DNA of 64,000 nt. It comes from Octopus sinensis. Taxonomy: Eukaryota. The stretch lies in contig NC_043007.1 in assembly GCF_006345805.1 (NCBI RefSeq), positions 70,618,001 through 70,682,000 of the forward strand. The letters are read 5' to 3'. Both the position numbers and the translations under genes were made by a program. The notes under the pieces were generated by a model. That model saw only the letters and a list, made by a program, of their open reading frames with translations. It made no database searches and had not been told where the DNA came from. This document shows, one piece after another, positions 51,973 to 63,913 of this stretch (positions are counted from its first letter, which is position 1; every line of letters begins with the position of its first letter).

Positions 51973-54900
51973 TATTTATATAAACTGATTTAGTTTAGCA
52001 AGGTAAAGACTATTTCATAATATTTAAAAAAAAATTATTTATTGCTACTTAAAGAGGGATTGAACATTTCATCATTCTAATCATCAACACTGTTCTGTGG
52101 TTGTTGTGAGATTTGCTCTCTTCTCTCCTTCCTCCAGTTTTCATTCTCCATCTGCTGCTGCTACTTTCACTTTCTTTCATCATAACCTAAAAATATGGAG
52201 CTGTTAAAGATTTAGTATGTGTGTGGGGTTGGAAAGTTTTTGTGTATTTTTCATGTTTTTCGTTGGTGTCTAATACTGAAAATATCATGTGTGTTAAATT
52301 GCAACAAAGATCGTCTATATAGCTCTCGCATGGCAGTCACTAAAATAGAATAGAAATGTATAGACTGTTTGTGGGCTGAAGGTAAATGGCCCTTGACCAA
52401 TCCGACTGTAAAAAGGTTATCATATTTCCGTATCATTAAGGTGGCGGCAAGCTGGCAGAATTGTTACTGTGCTGGGCAAAATGCTTACGGGCATTCTATC
52501 AGTCTTTATGTTCTGGGTTCAAATTCCATTGAGGTCAACTTTGCCTTCCATCCCATCAGGATTGTATAAGTACCAATTGAATCCTGGGTGGGGTTAATCT
52601 AATCAACTTACCTCTTCCCCAAAGTTGCTTGCCTTGTGCCAAAACTTGAAACCGATATTCCCATATCATCACCATCATCATTATGGTTTTATGTCATAAA
52701 ACTTCAATTTTTCAAACTCGATATATATATATATACTTGTTATTTTCTTTGTTTGGTAGTCTCAGTATCATAGTCAAGTGTATCAGGAAGAACAAAGAGC
52801 CAACGATGCCGAAGACAGCTTGAATAATATGGCAGAACAAAGTGAAGAACGGGTTTCTGGTTTGGAAACTAAACTCTCTGATTTGTCTGAGGTGGTGGGC
52901 AACTACGAACGATTACGTTTACAAGACCAGCAAGCCATTCAGCGCCTTAAAGAAAGGGTTGCTCAGCTTGATACTGAGAATATGGCCCTAGCCCAGGCTG
53001 CTCACATCCCAGATATAAAGAAAGATTTAGAAGAAGACACTGATGTCAATGATGTTCAGGTACTTGTTGATAAAATCAAGAAATATAAGTTGATGTTAAA
53101 TACAGCGCTAAGTCAGAAAACTGAGAAATCATTTGAACTTAATGGTAAGTTGATTTAAAACAACCTGGATAATTTTAAAGATTAACATTTTTGATCCTGT
53201 TATTTTTAGGGAGAGTTTTTATGCCAATAAAAATTAAGATAAACACATGTATATACATTACTTACATTATATTTATATTTGACGGATATTTGTCCTCATC
53301 TTGTTTCTCGTTAACACAAAGTTTCGGCTGATATATGCCCATGGGCATATGGCGTAGTGGTTGAGAGCGCGTACTACTAACCCCAGAATTCCGAGTTCGA
53401 TTCCAGGCAGTGACCTTAATAATATAATAATAATAATAATAATAATAATAACAGCAACAACATCAAAAAAATACCTTAGGAATGAGAACTCAGGTTCAAA
53501 ATTTCTCCAAGACACCTAATGAAGGCTGGAGTGTATATCAGCCAAAACATGTTAACAACAAACAAGATGAGGACAAATCATCATCATCCTTTAACATCTG
53601 CTTTCCATGCTAGCATGGGTTAGACGATTTGACTGAGGTCTGGCGAACCAGACTCCAATCTGATCTGGCAGAGTTTCTACTGCTCGATGCCCTTCCTAAC
53701 ATCAACCACTCCGAGAGTGTAGTTGGTACTTTTACGTCAAATATAAATAATGTACATAATTCCTCATCTCTTAAATATAGAACTGAAACACACGTATAGT
53801 GTGTATTTATTTTACTGACACAAGATGACCTCCTCCAGTACCCCCTCTCCTCTCAAAGGATCTTTGTCTTGTAGGTTACAGAGTCTAGAATAAATGATGG
53901 CAAATCGATACTTTAACCGTTCTGGCATTACACTTTGCACTTGTGTTATAAAAGAGAAAAAATGTTATGGTTTCTTTTTTTTTAAGATTTTATTATTGAC
54001 TAAAAGAAATTTATTCAAGATTCATCTTGAAAATGAAATTCTCAGAGTTTTTAGAACAAAACTGATTTGTTAAAAATTTTTAAATGGGCAGTTTTCTAGT
54101 AATTCTTTTTTTGTTGAATAAATGATTGCTCTTCTTTTATTGCAGATATTGTCTACAATGATCTTGTTGCTGACTGTTCTCTTTGTAAGAAGTATGAAAA
54201 GGAACTTGGTGAGCTGAAAGAAGAGTATGAACGATACAAAATTAGGGCACAAGCTATACTGAAAAGTAGAAGCTTAAAGGTAATGAGGCTTCTGATTTTT
54301 TAAGTTTGGTTGAAAATATATTCAGTTAATAGACGTGATTTGCACAAGGTGTTGTCTTTAATCTAGAATTAAAGTTTTACAAGTATTTTATGAATAAGAA
54401 GCTAGCTCTAAAAAACTGATAATAATGATCAAGTTTTTGAATTATATTTATTATCATTATCATTACTTTTATAATGCCCCATTTCCCATGCTTGCCTGAG
54501 TCAGCTGGAATTTATTGAGGTATATTTTCCCTTCCTGTCATTAACCTTCACCTGTTTCCAAGCAAGATACTATTTCCCCATGTCTGGACATGTGTTTGTG
54601 TTATGTTTGTGTCAGTGAGGTCTTGCATATTCTTTTTAATTTTCTTTGTCAGAAATGTTGACAATTTTTGTTGTAACACATAGTTGTAAAAATAAAGAAA
54701 ATCCTTATATTTTGAGGCTCTTAGGGTTCGGATAACTTTCAGTTTGTTTAAGCACAAGGTCTTATGTTTAAGAGTATATTTTAACAAAATAATGCATAGT
54801 TTAGTTTAAAAATAAGGAACACAAGTAGCTGACAAACAGTATCTGAATTTTCATATTATAGAGACAATGTACCCCTAATACACATATATATTTCTTTATT

Positions 54901-56566
54901 GCCCACAAGGGGCTAAACACAGAGGGGACAAACAAGGACAGACAAACGGATTAAATCAATTACATCGACCCCTGTGCGTAACTGGTACTTAATTTATTGA
55001 CCCCGAAAGGATGAAAGGCAAGTCAACCTCGACGGAATTTGAACTCAGAACGTAACGGCAGACGAAATACAGCTACGCATTTCGCCTGGCGTGCTAAAGT
55101 TTCTGCCAGCTTGCCACCTTTATATTAGCTCGCCCTAATACACATATAGAAAGCACTGGCATGATTGTGGGATTAAAAGTTAGCTTCATGATTACTTTGC
55201 CTTATTGCTCAGTACTTGGGATAAGTGTCTTTGTTGCAAAGAATATTTTGTGAATGCAGATTAGTTTGCTGAAGGAAACTGTACAGAAGCCTACCATGTG
55301 TGTCTGTAGTGGAATGGCAAATGATAGAAGATATGGTGGTTGAGGAATGCTACAATAATTGAAATAAAGTAAGAGGCCTCTTATTCTTTACTGTGTATCC
55401 ATTGTAGATGTTTTTTTCTATGGTTAAATATTTTCTTAGTTTTGGATTTGGTTTGCAAGATTCTTTATATGAGTTTGTGTTGAAGCATATTCTGTTGTGT
55501 CTGGGGAGAGTCATTCTCTTTTAGTGCCGTATTATTTAACACACTCACCGGTAAAATTTCCACTTCTTTCTTTTTAAAAAATTTTTTTTTATTTAAAAAA
55601 AAATGAAATAAGTGGAAATTTTACCGGTGAGTGTGTTAAATAATAAGGCACTAAAAGAGAATGACTCTCCCCAGACAACAGTATACATCTTTATTTTTCT
55701 TCTTGCTAATAATCGGTAAATTATTTTTATTGCAGGAAAACACTTCTCAAGAAGACAATTTACGGGAACAAGTAAATGAATTGAGAGAAAAAGTGAAAAC
55801 TTTACACATTCAACATGAGATCCAGATGAAGACACAATTAGAGAAAGAAGATAACCTTCACAGTATAATGGTAACCCTTCAAGAGAAACATCATTCAGAG
55901 CAGAATGTGATGGTCAGTGAACATCGACATCAACTGGCAGAGCTTGAAGAAGAATTAAAAAAGCAACGTAATAGGACTATATCCATGTTAATGGAAAAGG
56001 ATCTTGAAATTGCACGGCTTCAGACACTTGCTAATCTTCCAACTTATAATACAGACTTGTACAGTCAGCATTCGTCATCAGCATCATTACCACAGAAACA
56101 GATGGATGCTTCAAATGCAATGGACAATGCTGGTTCTGGTATCTTACCAGAAGAGCAACAAAGTTTCTCTAAGTTATTGCATAATGTTTCTTCCCCTTCA
56201 GGTGATATGCCACTCATACATTTTGCTCAAGAAATTGCTCGCAAAGATGTTGACATTGCTTCTCTTCGAAGCAGGAAATATCAGCTGGAGACAGCACTTC
56301 GAGAACTTCAGCATTCTTTATTGCTTAAAGAGCAGAAAGCTAAAGAAGAGCATGAACAGTTACAAGAGATGCTCCGTAAGCACGAAAGAGATAAGTCAAG
56401 AGAAGGAGCTAATTTAGAATATTTAAAAAATGTCGTATATCAGTTTCTCATCTGTACAGACTCTTCTGGGAAACAAAAGATGCTAAATGCAATAATTACC
56501 ATATTGCAGTTTAGTCCTCAAGAACGAGAAAAAGTATATTCTTTCTGTAAAGTACGGTGGGGATAA
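39888..56566 (+). CDS. GCC1: GRIP and coiled-coil domain-containing protein 1 (GCC88 golgin), 9 coding exons, about 721 aa
   Basis: Exons 39888-39972, 40360-40553, 42228-42353, 44900-44989, 47183-47311, 50625-50816, 52760-53144, 54146-54279, 55736-56566 all have GT-AG boundaries and join in frame (2166 nt). Motifs: RLRDLISAYKGLSKEKEALEASI, DHAFMLRELQKL, LKEEYERYKIRAQ, GRIP domain GANLEYLKNVVYQFL...ILQFSPQE. Confidence 0.96.
40360..40553 (+). CDS. GCC1: GCC1 coding exon 2
   Basis: DLISAYKGLSKEKEALEASIQCL...; phase 1-0. Confidence 0.94.
40660..41181. mobile_element. Tc1/mariner (pogo/Tc2-like) MITE
   Basis: TA flanks; TIR c(t)gattatcctcgagtata / tatacttgaggatttacgg. Confidence 0.7.
42228..42353 (+). 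CDS. GCC1: GCC1 coding exon 3
   Basis: KLATLTTTLSVLTNEKSRLESSYLAEKKQLK; phase 0-0. Confidence 0.94.
44900..44989 (+). CDS. GCC1: GCC1 coding exon 4
   Basis: TENEDLQRRLEENEKVSNLKQRGQDEIIKD; AG/GTAAGT flanks. Confidence 0.88.
47183..47311 (+). CDS. GCC1: GCC1 coding exon 5
   Basis: LKQKLRSQQRERELEQTDHAFMLRELQKLVSDERTAREDLEYQ. Confidence 0.94.
47550..48213 (-). mobile_element. Penelope-like remnant with hammerhead motif and terminal inverted duplication
   Basis: Bounded by (TA)n on both sides; 76-bp inverted repeat 47990-48065 / 48138-48213; hammerhead at 47594-47689. Confidence 0.6.
47594..47689 (-). ncRNA. Type I hammerhead ribozyme
   Basis: Stem I ttttcactttc/gaaagtaaaaa; core CUGAAGA; stem II gaagauu/aauuuuc; GAAAC-ACGU-GUC cleavage triplet. 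Confidence 0.75.
50625..50816 (+). CDS. GCC1: GCC1 coding exon 6
   Basis: LDLSQNALQAKEK...PSPLLLELQKELTSLK. Confidence 0.93.
50942..51288. repeat. AT-rich foldback element
   Basis: About 160-bp imperfect inverted arms (e.g. agaaaactacctttaacaggtaatttt / aaaattacctgttaaaggtagttttct). Confidence 0.85.
52760..53144 (+). CDS. GCC1: GCC1 coding exon 7
   Basis: EERVSGLETKLSDLSEVVGNYERLRLQDQQAIQRLKERVAQLD; an alternative in-frame acceptor lies 6 nt downstream. Confidence 0.94.
53257..53760 (+). mobile_element. tRNA-headed element with degenerate hammerhead and terminal inverted duplication
   Basis: A box 53350-53360, B box 53395-53403, (TAA)n, hammerhead-like 53511-53555, inverted arms; interrupted by an RTE-tail element at about 53580-53735. 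Confidence 0.6.
54146..54279 (+). CDS. GCC1: GCC1 coding exon 8
   Basis: YEKELGELKEEYERYKIRAQAILKSR; phase 1-0. Confidence 0.94.
54889..55132 (-). mobile_element. Meta-domain SINE with 16-bp TSD
   Basis: TSD CCCTAATACACATATA at 54873-54888 and 55133-55148. Confidence 0.85.
55488..55685. repeat. Near-perfect inverted repeat
   Basis: gtctggggagagtcattctc...ccggtaaaatttccactt versus its reverse complement at 55610-55685. Confidence 0.9.
55736..56566 (+). CDS. GCC1: GCC1 last coding exon with GRIP domain
   Basis: ttgcag acceptor; ...SREGANLEYLKNVVYQFLICTDSSGKQKMLNAIITILQFSPQEREKV...RWG*. Confidence 0.96.
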   Translation, partial: ENTSQEDNLREQVNELREKVKTLHIQHEIQMKTQLEKEDNLHSIMVTLQEKHHSEQNVMVSEHRHQLAELEEELKKQRNRTISMLMEKDLEIARLQTLANLPTYNTDLYSQHSSSASLPQKQMDASNAMDNAGSGILPEEQQSFSKLLHNVSSPSGDMPLIHFAQEIARKDVDIASLRSRKYQLETALRELQHSLLLKEQKAKEEHEQLQEMLRKHERDKSREGANLEYLKNVVYQFLICTDSSGKQKMLNAIITILQFSPQEREKVYSFCKVRWG

Positions 56567-56913
56567 AAATTTTGAATTTCCAGTATATTTTATGACCAAA
56601 TTATTTTACTGATTAAATCTCTGTTAAAGTCTAAATTATCTATTTTTGTTATTTTTTAAATACATTTTGGAAATATATTTTCAATTAAGCAATTTTTTTT
56701 TTTAACTGAGGTGACAAAATGACTCTCAGACAAAACTGTTTTAAATGAATTCATGTAAGATGTTGTGAGTTTTCTTGTTTAACACAAATGATCTAACTTT
56801 AATTTGACTGTGTAGTGAGTGGTTAATATTAAGAAATGCTTTAAATTTTGACATACTCTGACATTTCTATTAAGTTGTTGCTTTAAAGTGCTGGCCAGTC
56901 AATTGTGCCTGGA

Positions 56914-56919
56914 AATAAA
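56914..56919 (+). terminator. Candidate GCC1 polyadenylation signal
   Basis: First AATAAA after the stop codon (ATTAAA also at 56612-56617). Confidence 0.35.
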
Positions 56920-58689
56920 GGATAGAGAATTATTTTGAGAAATATGTACAATCTTCATTTCTAGTTTTCAAATGCTCACACCTTTTTCTATTTTTTTCCA
57001 TCACTATTATTATCAATTTCATTTTAACCTTTTAGTGCTTAAACTGGCCATATCTGGCCAAAGTATTCTAGTTGTTTTATTGTTCACGCCAGCCAGATCT
57101 GGCCTCTCACATCAACCCAACAATGTCATTTTCAAAATGAACAACCACATCATCGAAATCTCAAAGCTATGACATAACACATGATTAATTCAAAACACTG
57201 AATAAATAAGCATTATATTTAACAGTAATGTGAATGCTAAAGGGTAACATGTCTTTTATGTGTCCGTATTGGGTGAACAGGTCTGCCATATAGCTTTGTT
57301 GTATTATTTGTCTTTTGTATCGTATTATCTTTCAGTATTTTTAGGTCTGGCTTTAATTTTTGTTCTTCCTTATATTTGTCTACCATGGATATTAAACAGT
57401 AGCAAAGCATCTCTTTCCATTTTTTTTTAACAAGTTCTTACTCTGATGAGTGAGGGCAGCAACTATGAGTGAAGGCTGTCATGGTGAGAGGAAGTTTACT
57501 TGAGACCAAAAGCCTGATGCCAATTCTTGCAACAGAGTTAACTTTATTTAAGACACCATGAATGCAGATGTTGAAGTTAAACTGAGAGGTGGATGAAGGC
57601 TACAACTTCACATTACATGTTGAAACCAATGAAATAATGATAATGCTTTACATATATCTGCCGCTATGTATGTCTTTGCTTTCCAATCCCATTTGTTATA
57701 AGGTAACATTCTATACCCAATGACTCAAAATCTGTTATTCCTGTGAAACCACATCTTTCTCAGTTCAACCCTTTTGTTTCATTTTTGGTTGGACTGTACT
57801 CAAAGCATTATGAAACCCACGAGGAAACACCTATTTGGTTGCAACCTGCTATAAAAAGCTAAATTTCTTTCAAATTGTTCTCTGTCATCTAAGGTTACTT
57901 TACATAACATAGTCCTAAACATATTGTACTTGAAAAAAGCAAAACAAAACAAAATCCCAGGCAGATAGTCAAGACTGTAACACCTTGGATCATATGTTTG
58001 TTCAATCCGGGCTCTGCAGCTAAATAACAATTTTAATGTCTCTGCTATTTATTTCCCCTGGTTATGTTGGTTTGTCCTATAGTTTTAATATGACTTCAGC
58101 AGTTATCTCCACCTACTGCTAAATCTCTAAGCCAAAGGAAATTTTGTTTCAGTGCCTTAAAATTGCAAATACAGGAAACTTAGCAATCACTTTTTCTTGA
58201 GATTTATTTTGTAAAAATCTTTGTTTTTAATTCATTGCCTACTAGAAAGTGAAAACTTTAATGAATCTGCTAGTTAAGTAAAAAATCTGCATTCGCAGTA
58301 GGAAATTTAAAGCAAAGGCGAGAAAAATTATGCCACTATCATTGTAGGTTTGGCACCTGTCCTTTCAATGATAGAAGCCAGATAATTTATTTCTAAAGCT
58401 AATGTTGATGAAGTATATCTAGTATATATTTATGACTTATTTGGTTCATAGCTCCCACAATAAAGCTTGTAAAAAAAACAGTACATGAATTATATTTCCA
58501 TAAACTGGTAGAGATTTCAGCTGACATTTTAGAACAAAGGAGTTTGTTTGACACCATTACAAGTTGCTTGACAGGTTAATAACAGATTCAGAATGGTGGA
58601 AAATACCAGTTTTTGACTTGTGCTTGTTTAGAAAGTGACTTGATCTAAGACTAGAAGCAGTTGCTCTCTATCATGGAAGAGCCATTTTA

Positions 58690-59068
58690 TACAAACAATA
58701 ACTCTGAGCACCTTTTCAAACTCCACCCGTCTGACAGCCGTGGACATATTTACAAAGTCAGAAAACAGCACAGCTCCCATGACTTTAGGAAACATTTTTT
58801 CATGTTGAGAGTTGCTGAAGCATGGAACAAACTGCTGGCATCAGTTGTTAGTTGTCGGAGCACTGCATCCTTCAAAACTTCCATGCTTTCTGAGATTCGC
58901 CAACACTACACCTGATTTCCTCCCCTCCATACACACACAAGCATGTATCTGACTCATACATTGTTTGCTTTCCAGACATTTGTACATTACTGCATATACT
59001 CTATATGCACTTTCTGACAAGTTGTGGCGCACCTGAGCACTGTATACAATAATTTCATTATTATTTAT
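58690..59068 (+). mobile_element. CR1-clade LINE 3' end (5'-truncated)
   Basis: ORF2 C-terminus RGHIYK...RKHFF..RVAEAWNKL followed by a 3' UTR and (ATT)n tail. Confidence 0.8.
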
Positions 59069-59534
59069 ATGTTGAAATGGAACTGTGCCTCTGCCATGGA
59101 AACTTTGACATCTTATGCAATGCATTTTTAAAGGGAATTCAAACACTGTGAGTTATTAGATGGTTGTTCCACAATGTAGTTGCTATGATATCTAAGTGTT
59201 TCCCTAAATAGTTCAACAAATAAAAAGAATCTCACAAAATGACATTTGATATTCTTTTTACATTCTTCCATGCTAGAATGTTACTGTTGGTCACATTAAT
59301 TCCTCACTTATCTCCCCTTGTTATTTCTAATTAACTTAAAGGTGATACTGTCTTAATTATTAGATTTATAACTCTGTTTCCAATGGCTCTTGTAGTAATC
59401 TCATGTTTTTTCTAAATCACCATCATTGTTTTAATCCCCACTTTTCCATGCTTGCGTGGGTCAAATAGAATTTGTTTAGGTAAAATTTCTATAGCTGGAT
59501 GACTTTCCTGTCACTCACCCACATAACCTCTCTT

Positions 59535-59958
59535 TACTCTTTTACTCTTTTACTTGTTTCAGTCATGTGACTGTGGCCATGCTGGAGCACCACCTTTAGT
59601 TGAGGAAATCGACCCCAGGACTTTTATTCTTTGTAAGCCTAGTACTTATTCTATCGGTCTGTTTTGCCGAACTGCTAAGTTACAGGGACGTAAACACACC
59701 AGCATCGGTTGTCAAGCGATGTTGGGGGGGGGACACACACAAACATATACACACACAAACATATACACACACATACATATATATATACATATATATGACG
59801 GGCTTCTTTCAGTTTCCATCTACCAAATCCACTCACAATGCTTTGGTCGGCCCGAGGCTATAGTAGAAGACACTTGCCCAAGGTGCCACGCAGTGGGACT
59901 GAACCTGGAACCATGTGATTGGTAAGCAAGCTACTTATCACACAGCCACTCCTATGCC
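59535..59958 (-). mobile_element. SINE family A
   Basis: Full length with (TACTCTTT)n tail. Confidence 0.88.
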
Positions 59959-61769
59959 TGATATGTTTTTATGGAAGATTGGAAATGAAGGACACCACTT
60001 ACATGATGGTGATATTTGTTTGCAACTATCATGTGATATCAAGTGAAGGAGATAATAAATAACACACACATTCACATATACAACAGGCTTCTTTCAGTTC
60101 CCACCACCAAATTCACTCACAGGGCATTGATTAACCTGGGGCTGTTGTAGAAGACACTTGCCCAAAGTGACACACTGTGGGATTGAACCTAAAACCATAC
60201 GGTTAGGAAGTAAACTTCTGACCACTTCTTACTCAACTGGAAAGAATAGTGTTTTCCTTAAAGTCATCTGTGATATCTAATAATATATTTTTGCAGATCT
60301 GCCTGTCTTTATTAAGGACATCTGACACTGACTAAAATCATTAAGGTTACTGTGTTGTATAGTTATGCCTACATTATCAATGGTTATCAAATAATGCTGG
60401 CTTTGCTACAGTTCCTTTGTTTATAAGAGAAAATTTTTTCTTGAGAACATCAAATATTGCTTTGCCTTGGCAAACATTTTTGTCAAATAATTTATTAAAG
60501 CTTTAGTTAAGATTGGAGTTTAAATATATCATTATTATTTTGATATCTTAGCTCCATCTGTGTCTTGCTTTAAAACTGCTGCCAACACCAGTTATTTTTA
60601 TAATAAAAATCTATAAAATATAGAAATAACAACCAAGACGGAGACATAATAATAATAATTAATCATCTCAGAAATTTCAATAAAAACTTCAATTATAAAA
60701 ATTAATTTATTCATAGATAACAATTTTATTTATCTGAAGTGTTTGATACCAACGATTCTTGTTATTGATTTTAGTGGTGGTTGGGGTGACTCTCATAATG
60801 AAACACTCATCAGTTAGCTCCACTGAATCTGCTAGTTACTGTAATAAATATTACTTTAGTAAAACATAGCGAAGTGGACTGTTTCACTGAAGTGAAAAAT
60901 ACCAAATGGTTTGGTACAAAACTAGATCAGGTGATGTGATACTGTCAGCCACTCACTGTGGCAGCTTAAATCCAATTTGCCTTGGATTAGTTGACTGAAC
61001 TTAATCTAATCTTTAAGAGAGATTAGTTTAGATTTATGAAAAAAATATTTGATTTTTATCAAATTTCGAACTTCTGATTTTGAATTTGATTGTAATTGTA
61101 GATAGAGCTTGATAACAAATTGATATGATAAAACAAAATTATGAAAGCATGAGGGTTGCAAGTGAGCCAGAGCCACTGGCTTAACCAGACAAATGAAAAC
61201 AGACTTAACACAATAGAAAAAGCTTATTGATTTTAGTTCACACTGAGGAGAGTTCACCACATGGAATAAGTTTTTTATGGTTTGAGCAGAGAATTCTAAT
61301 ATTTCAAGCAGGACCCTTTATCTTAGAAGAGTGAGGGAAACATTTTACATTTAATGACAGGTCCCATTTAAAACAATAGCCAATTAGCATTCAAATTAAC
61401 CTGTCAAATATAATACTTATATAGTTTTGTTGTTTTGAATTAATCATGCATTATCTTGTTGCTTCAAGGGTTTGATGACGTGCTTGTTTATTTTTAAAAT
61501 GACAATGTGGGGTTGATGTGAGAGGTAGGAACTGGTTGGTTTGAAAATAAAACAATTGGAATATTTTGTTCAGACATGGCTGATTCAAATGCTAAATGGT
61601 TAAAGTCTTTTTTTCTACACAACTTGCAAACTGATTTCATTCTGTGAACTTTATTGAACTAATGCAAAACTTGATAGGTTTTATTGAACTGCAGTGCTTT
61701 TCTTTGTTAAATGCGGACAACTGACCTGACACAAACTAAAAGGTCCCTGTTTCAATCTCCAACCTGGTA

Positions 61770-61995
61770 GAGCTGGTAAAAATGTTAGCACGCTGGGCGA
61801 ATTGCTTAGCAGTATTTCATCTGCCCTTACGTTCCGAGTTCAAATTCTGCCGAGGTCGACTTTGCCTTTCATCCTTTCGGGGTCGATAAATTAAGTACCA
61901 GTTACACACAGGGGTCGATATAATCGACTTAATCCGTTTGTCTGTCCTTGTTTGTCCCCTCTGTGTTTAGCCCCTTGTGGGCAATAAAGAAATTA
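61770..61995 (+). mobile_element. Meta-domain SINE
   Basis: Near-identical to 33798-34030. Confidence 0.85.
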
Positions 61996-62900
61996 GAAAT
62001 AAGAAATATCCATCCTTGTGGATCGAATATGTATTTATTATCCATTATCAAGTTGTGTTTTATCTTTGCTACTTTTTTGATCTCTATAATGACTTCTCTA
62101 AACTTGCTAACAAAATCTTTGTATCAACCATTATACATGGAAGCACTTACATTCTCTTTGTCATTCATTGTTTTCAATCAAACATCAAAGATACTTCTTT
62201 CTTTCCAAAGCTGAAATTCTATTAAAAAATGCAAGAAAAATATCAATCATATTAAATAAAACCTTTTCCCACTGTTGGTGATTGAACAACATTTCTCTTA
62301 GTTTTTCTCTGAAATACCATTTAATTAATTGTGTAAAGTAATGATTTTTGCTGTTTTATCTTCATTTTGGAAATTCCAAGTAACTCTTTTTGGGTATTTC
62401 ATTTTTGATCTTCAACTGGAACATTTGATACAAAACGAAAGTCTTTGCATCTCAATGAATTACTAAATCTACTTTTAAAATAAGTAGTCATTGCTGTGGT
62501 AAGCTGTTGCTTTCTAGGGCCTGTGGTTATGATTCAATACAATAAAATAACAAAGTACTTTTATGTGCTGCCTTCGTAACACCCGGGTTATGTATTTCGT
62601 CAGTGAACCATTGGTAGACAAACAACAGCCTATCATTTCAGTCAGCTGTGACTCTTAGAAACATAATAGCAACTGCTTGAATTATTCATTACCTCATTAA
62701 ATAAAATTATATGAAAGTCAGGAAAATCACAATAGAATGTTTAAAGTAGAACAAAAGTTAAAGAAAACCTGTTCTAAATTTTTTATTATTTCATCTTTCC
62801 AGAATATTATCTTCTACCTTTTACTTGTTTCAGTTATTAGACTGTGGCCATGCTGGGGCACCACCTTCAAGAATTTTAGTTGAATGAATCGACCTCAGTA

Positions 62901-63129
62901 TGGCGAGCTGGCAGAATCGTTAGCATGCCGGGCGAGATGCTTTGCAGTATTTTGTCTGCCGTTATGTTCTGAGTTCAAATTCCGCCGAGGTCGACTTTGC
63001 CTTTCATCCTTTCGGGGTCGATAAATTAAGTACCAGTTACGCACTGGGATCGATGTAATCAACTTAATCCGTTTGTCTGTCTTTGTTTGTCCCCTCTATG
63101 TTTAGCCCCCTGTGGGTAATAAAGAAATA
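62901..63129 (+). mobile_element. Meta-domain SINE nested in a family A SINE (62820-63400)
   Basis: TSD GAATCGACCTCAGTA at 62886-62900 and 63130-63144. Confidence 0.88.
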
Positions 63130-63913
63130 GAATCGACCTCAGTACCCTTTTCTTTTTTTAAAGCCTGGTACTTATTCTGTCAATGCCTTTTGCTGAACTG
63201 CTAAGTTATGGGGGATGTAAACAAACCAACACTAGTTGTCAAGCAGTGGCAAGAGACACAGACAAAGACAAACACATTCACAAGGCTTTTGTCAGCCTGA
63301 AGTTATAGTGGAAGACACTTGCTGAAGGTGCCATGCAGTGGAACTGAACCTAGGACCATGTGGTTGTGATGCAAACTTCTTATCACACTGCCTGCACCTA
63401 TTTATTTTAACTGTTCCCATTAACACATTCATTATGACTGGACCTCTCTAACTGGATGTCTGACAGAGTTTATGAAGTAGGAACACTCAACATTTCACTT
63501 TAATCAGGTCAAGTTCTTGAAGATGAAGGACTGAAAGCTTGGCTGTCTTCAGTTTTCTCATGATTTTTTTTCTTAACTGTCACTATATTCTGCTATACAA
63601 TGAAGTTGTGTGGCTTAGTGGTTAAAGTATTCAGCTCACAGTCATAAGGTCATGAGTTCAATTCCAGGTAGCACACTGTGTCCTTGAGCAAGACATTTTA
63701 TTTTATGTTGCTCCAGTCCACTCAGCTGGCAAAAATGAATCGCACCTCTATTTCAAAAGGGCCAGCGTTGTCACTTTCTGTGTCACACTGAATCTCCCTG
63801 AGACCTACATCAAGGCTACACATACCTGTGGCGTGCTCAGCTACTTGTACAATGATTTCACAAGCAGGCTGTTCCATTGATCAGAGTGCCAGATATTCTG
63901 CTATATTCTTCTA

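Noticed and set aside
53341-53415. tRNA-like sequences here and at 49115-49195 and 63608-63670
   Set aside because: A/B boxes without a complete acceptor stem, followed by repeat bodies; SINE heads rather than tRNA genes
56004-56417. 137-aa alternative-frame ORF within the GCC1 last exon
   Set aside because: TTG start, no recognisable motif, shadow of the real CDS
58262-60838. 15-bp direct repeat TGAATCTGCTAGTTA about 2.5 kb apart
   Set aside because: No coherent element between the copies; could be chance
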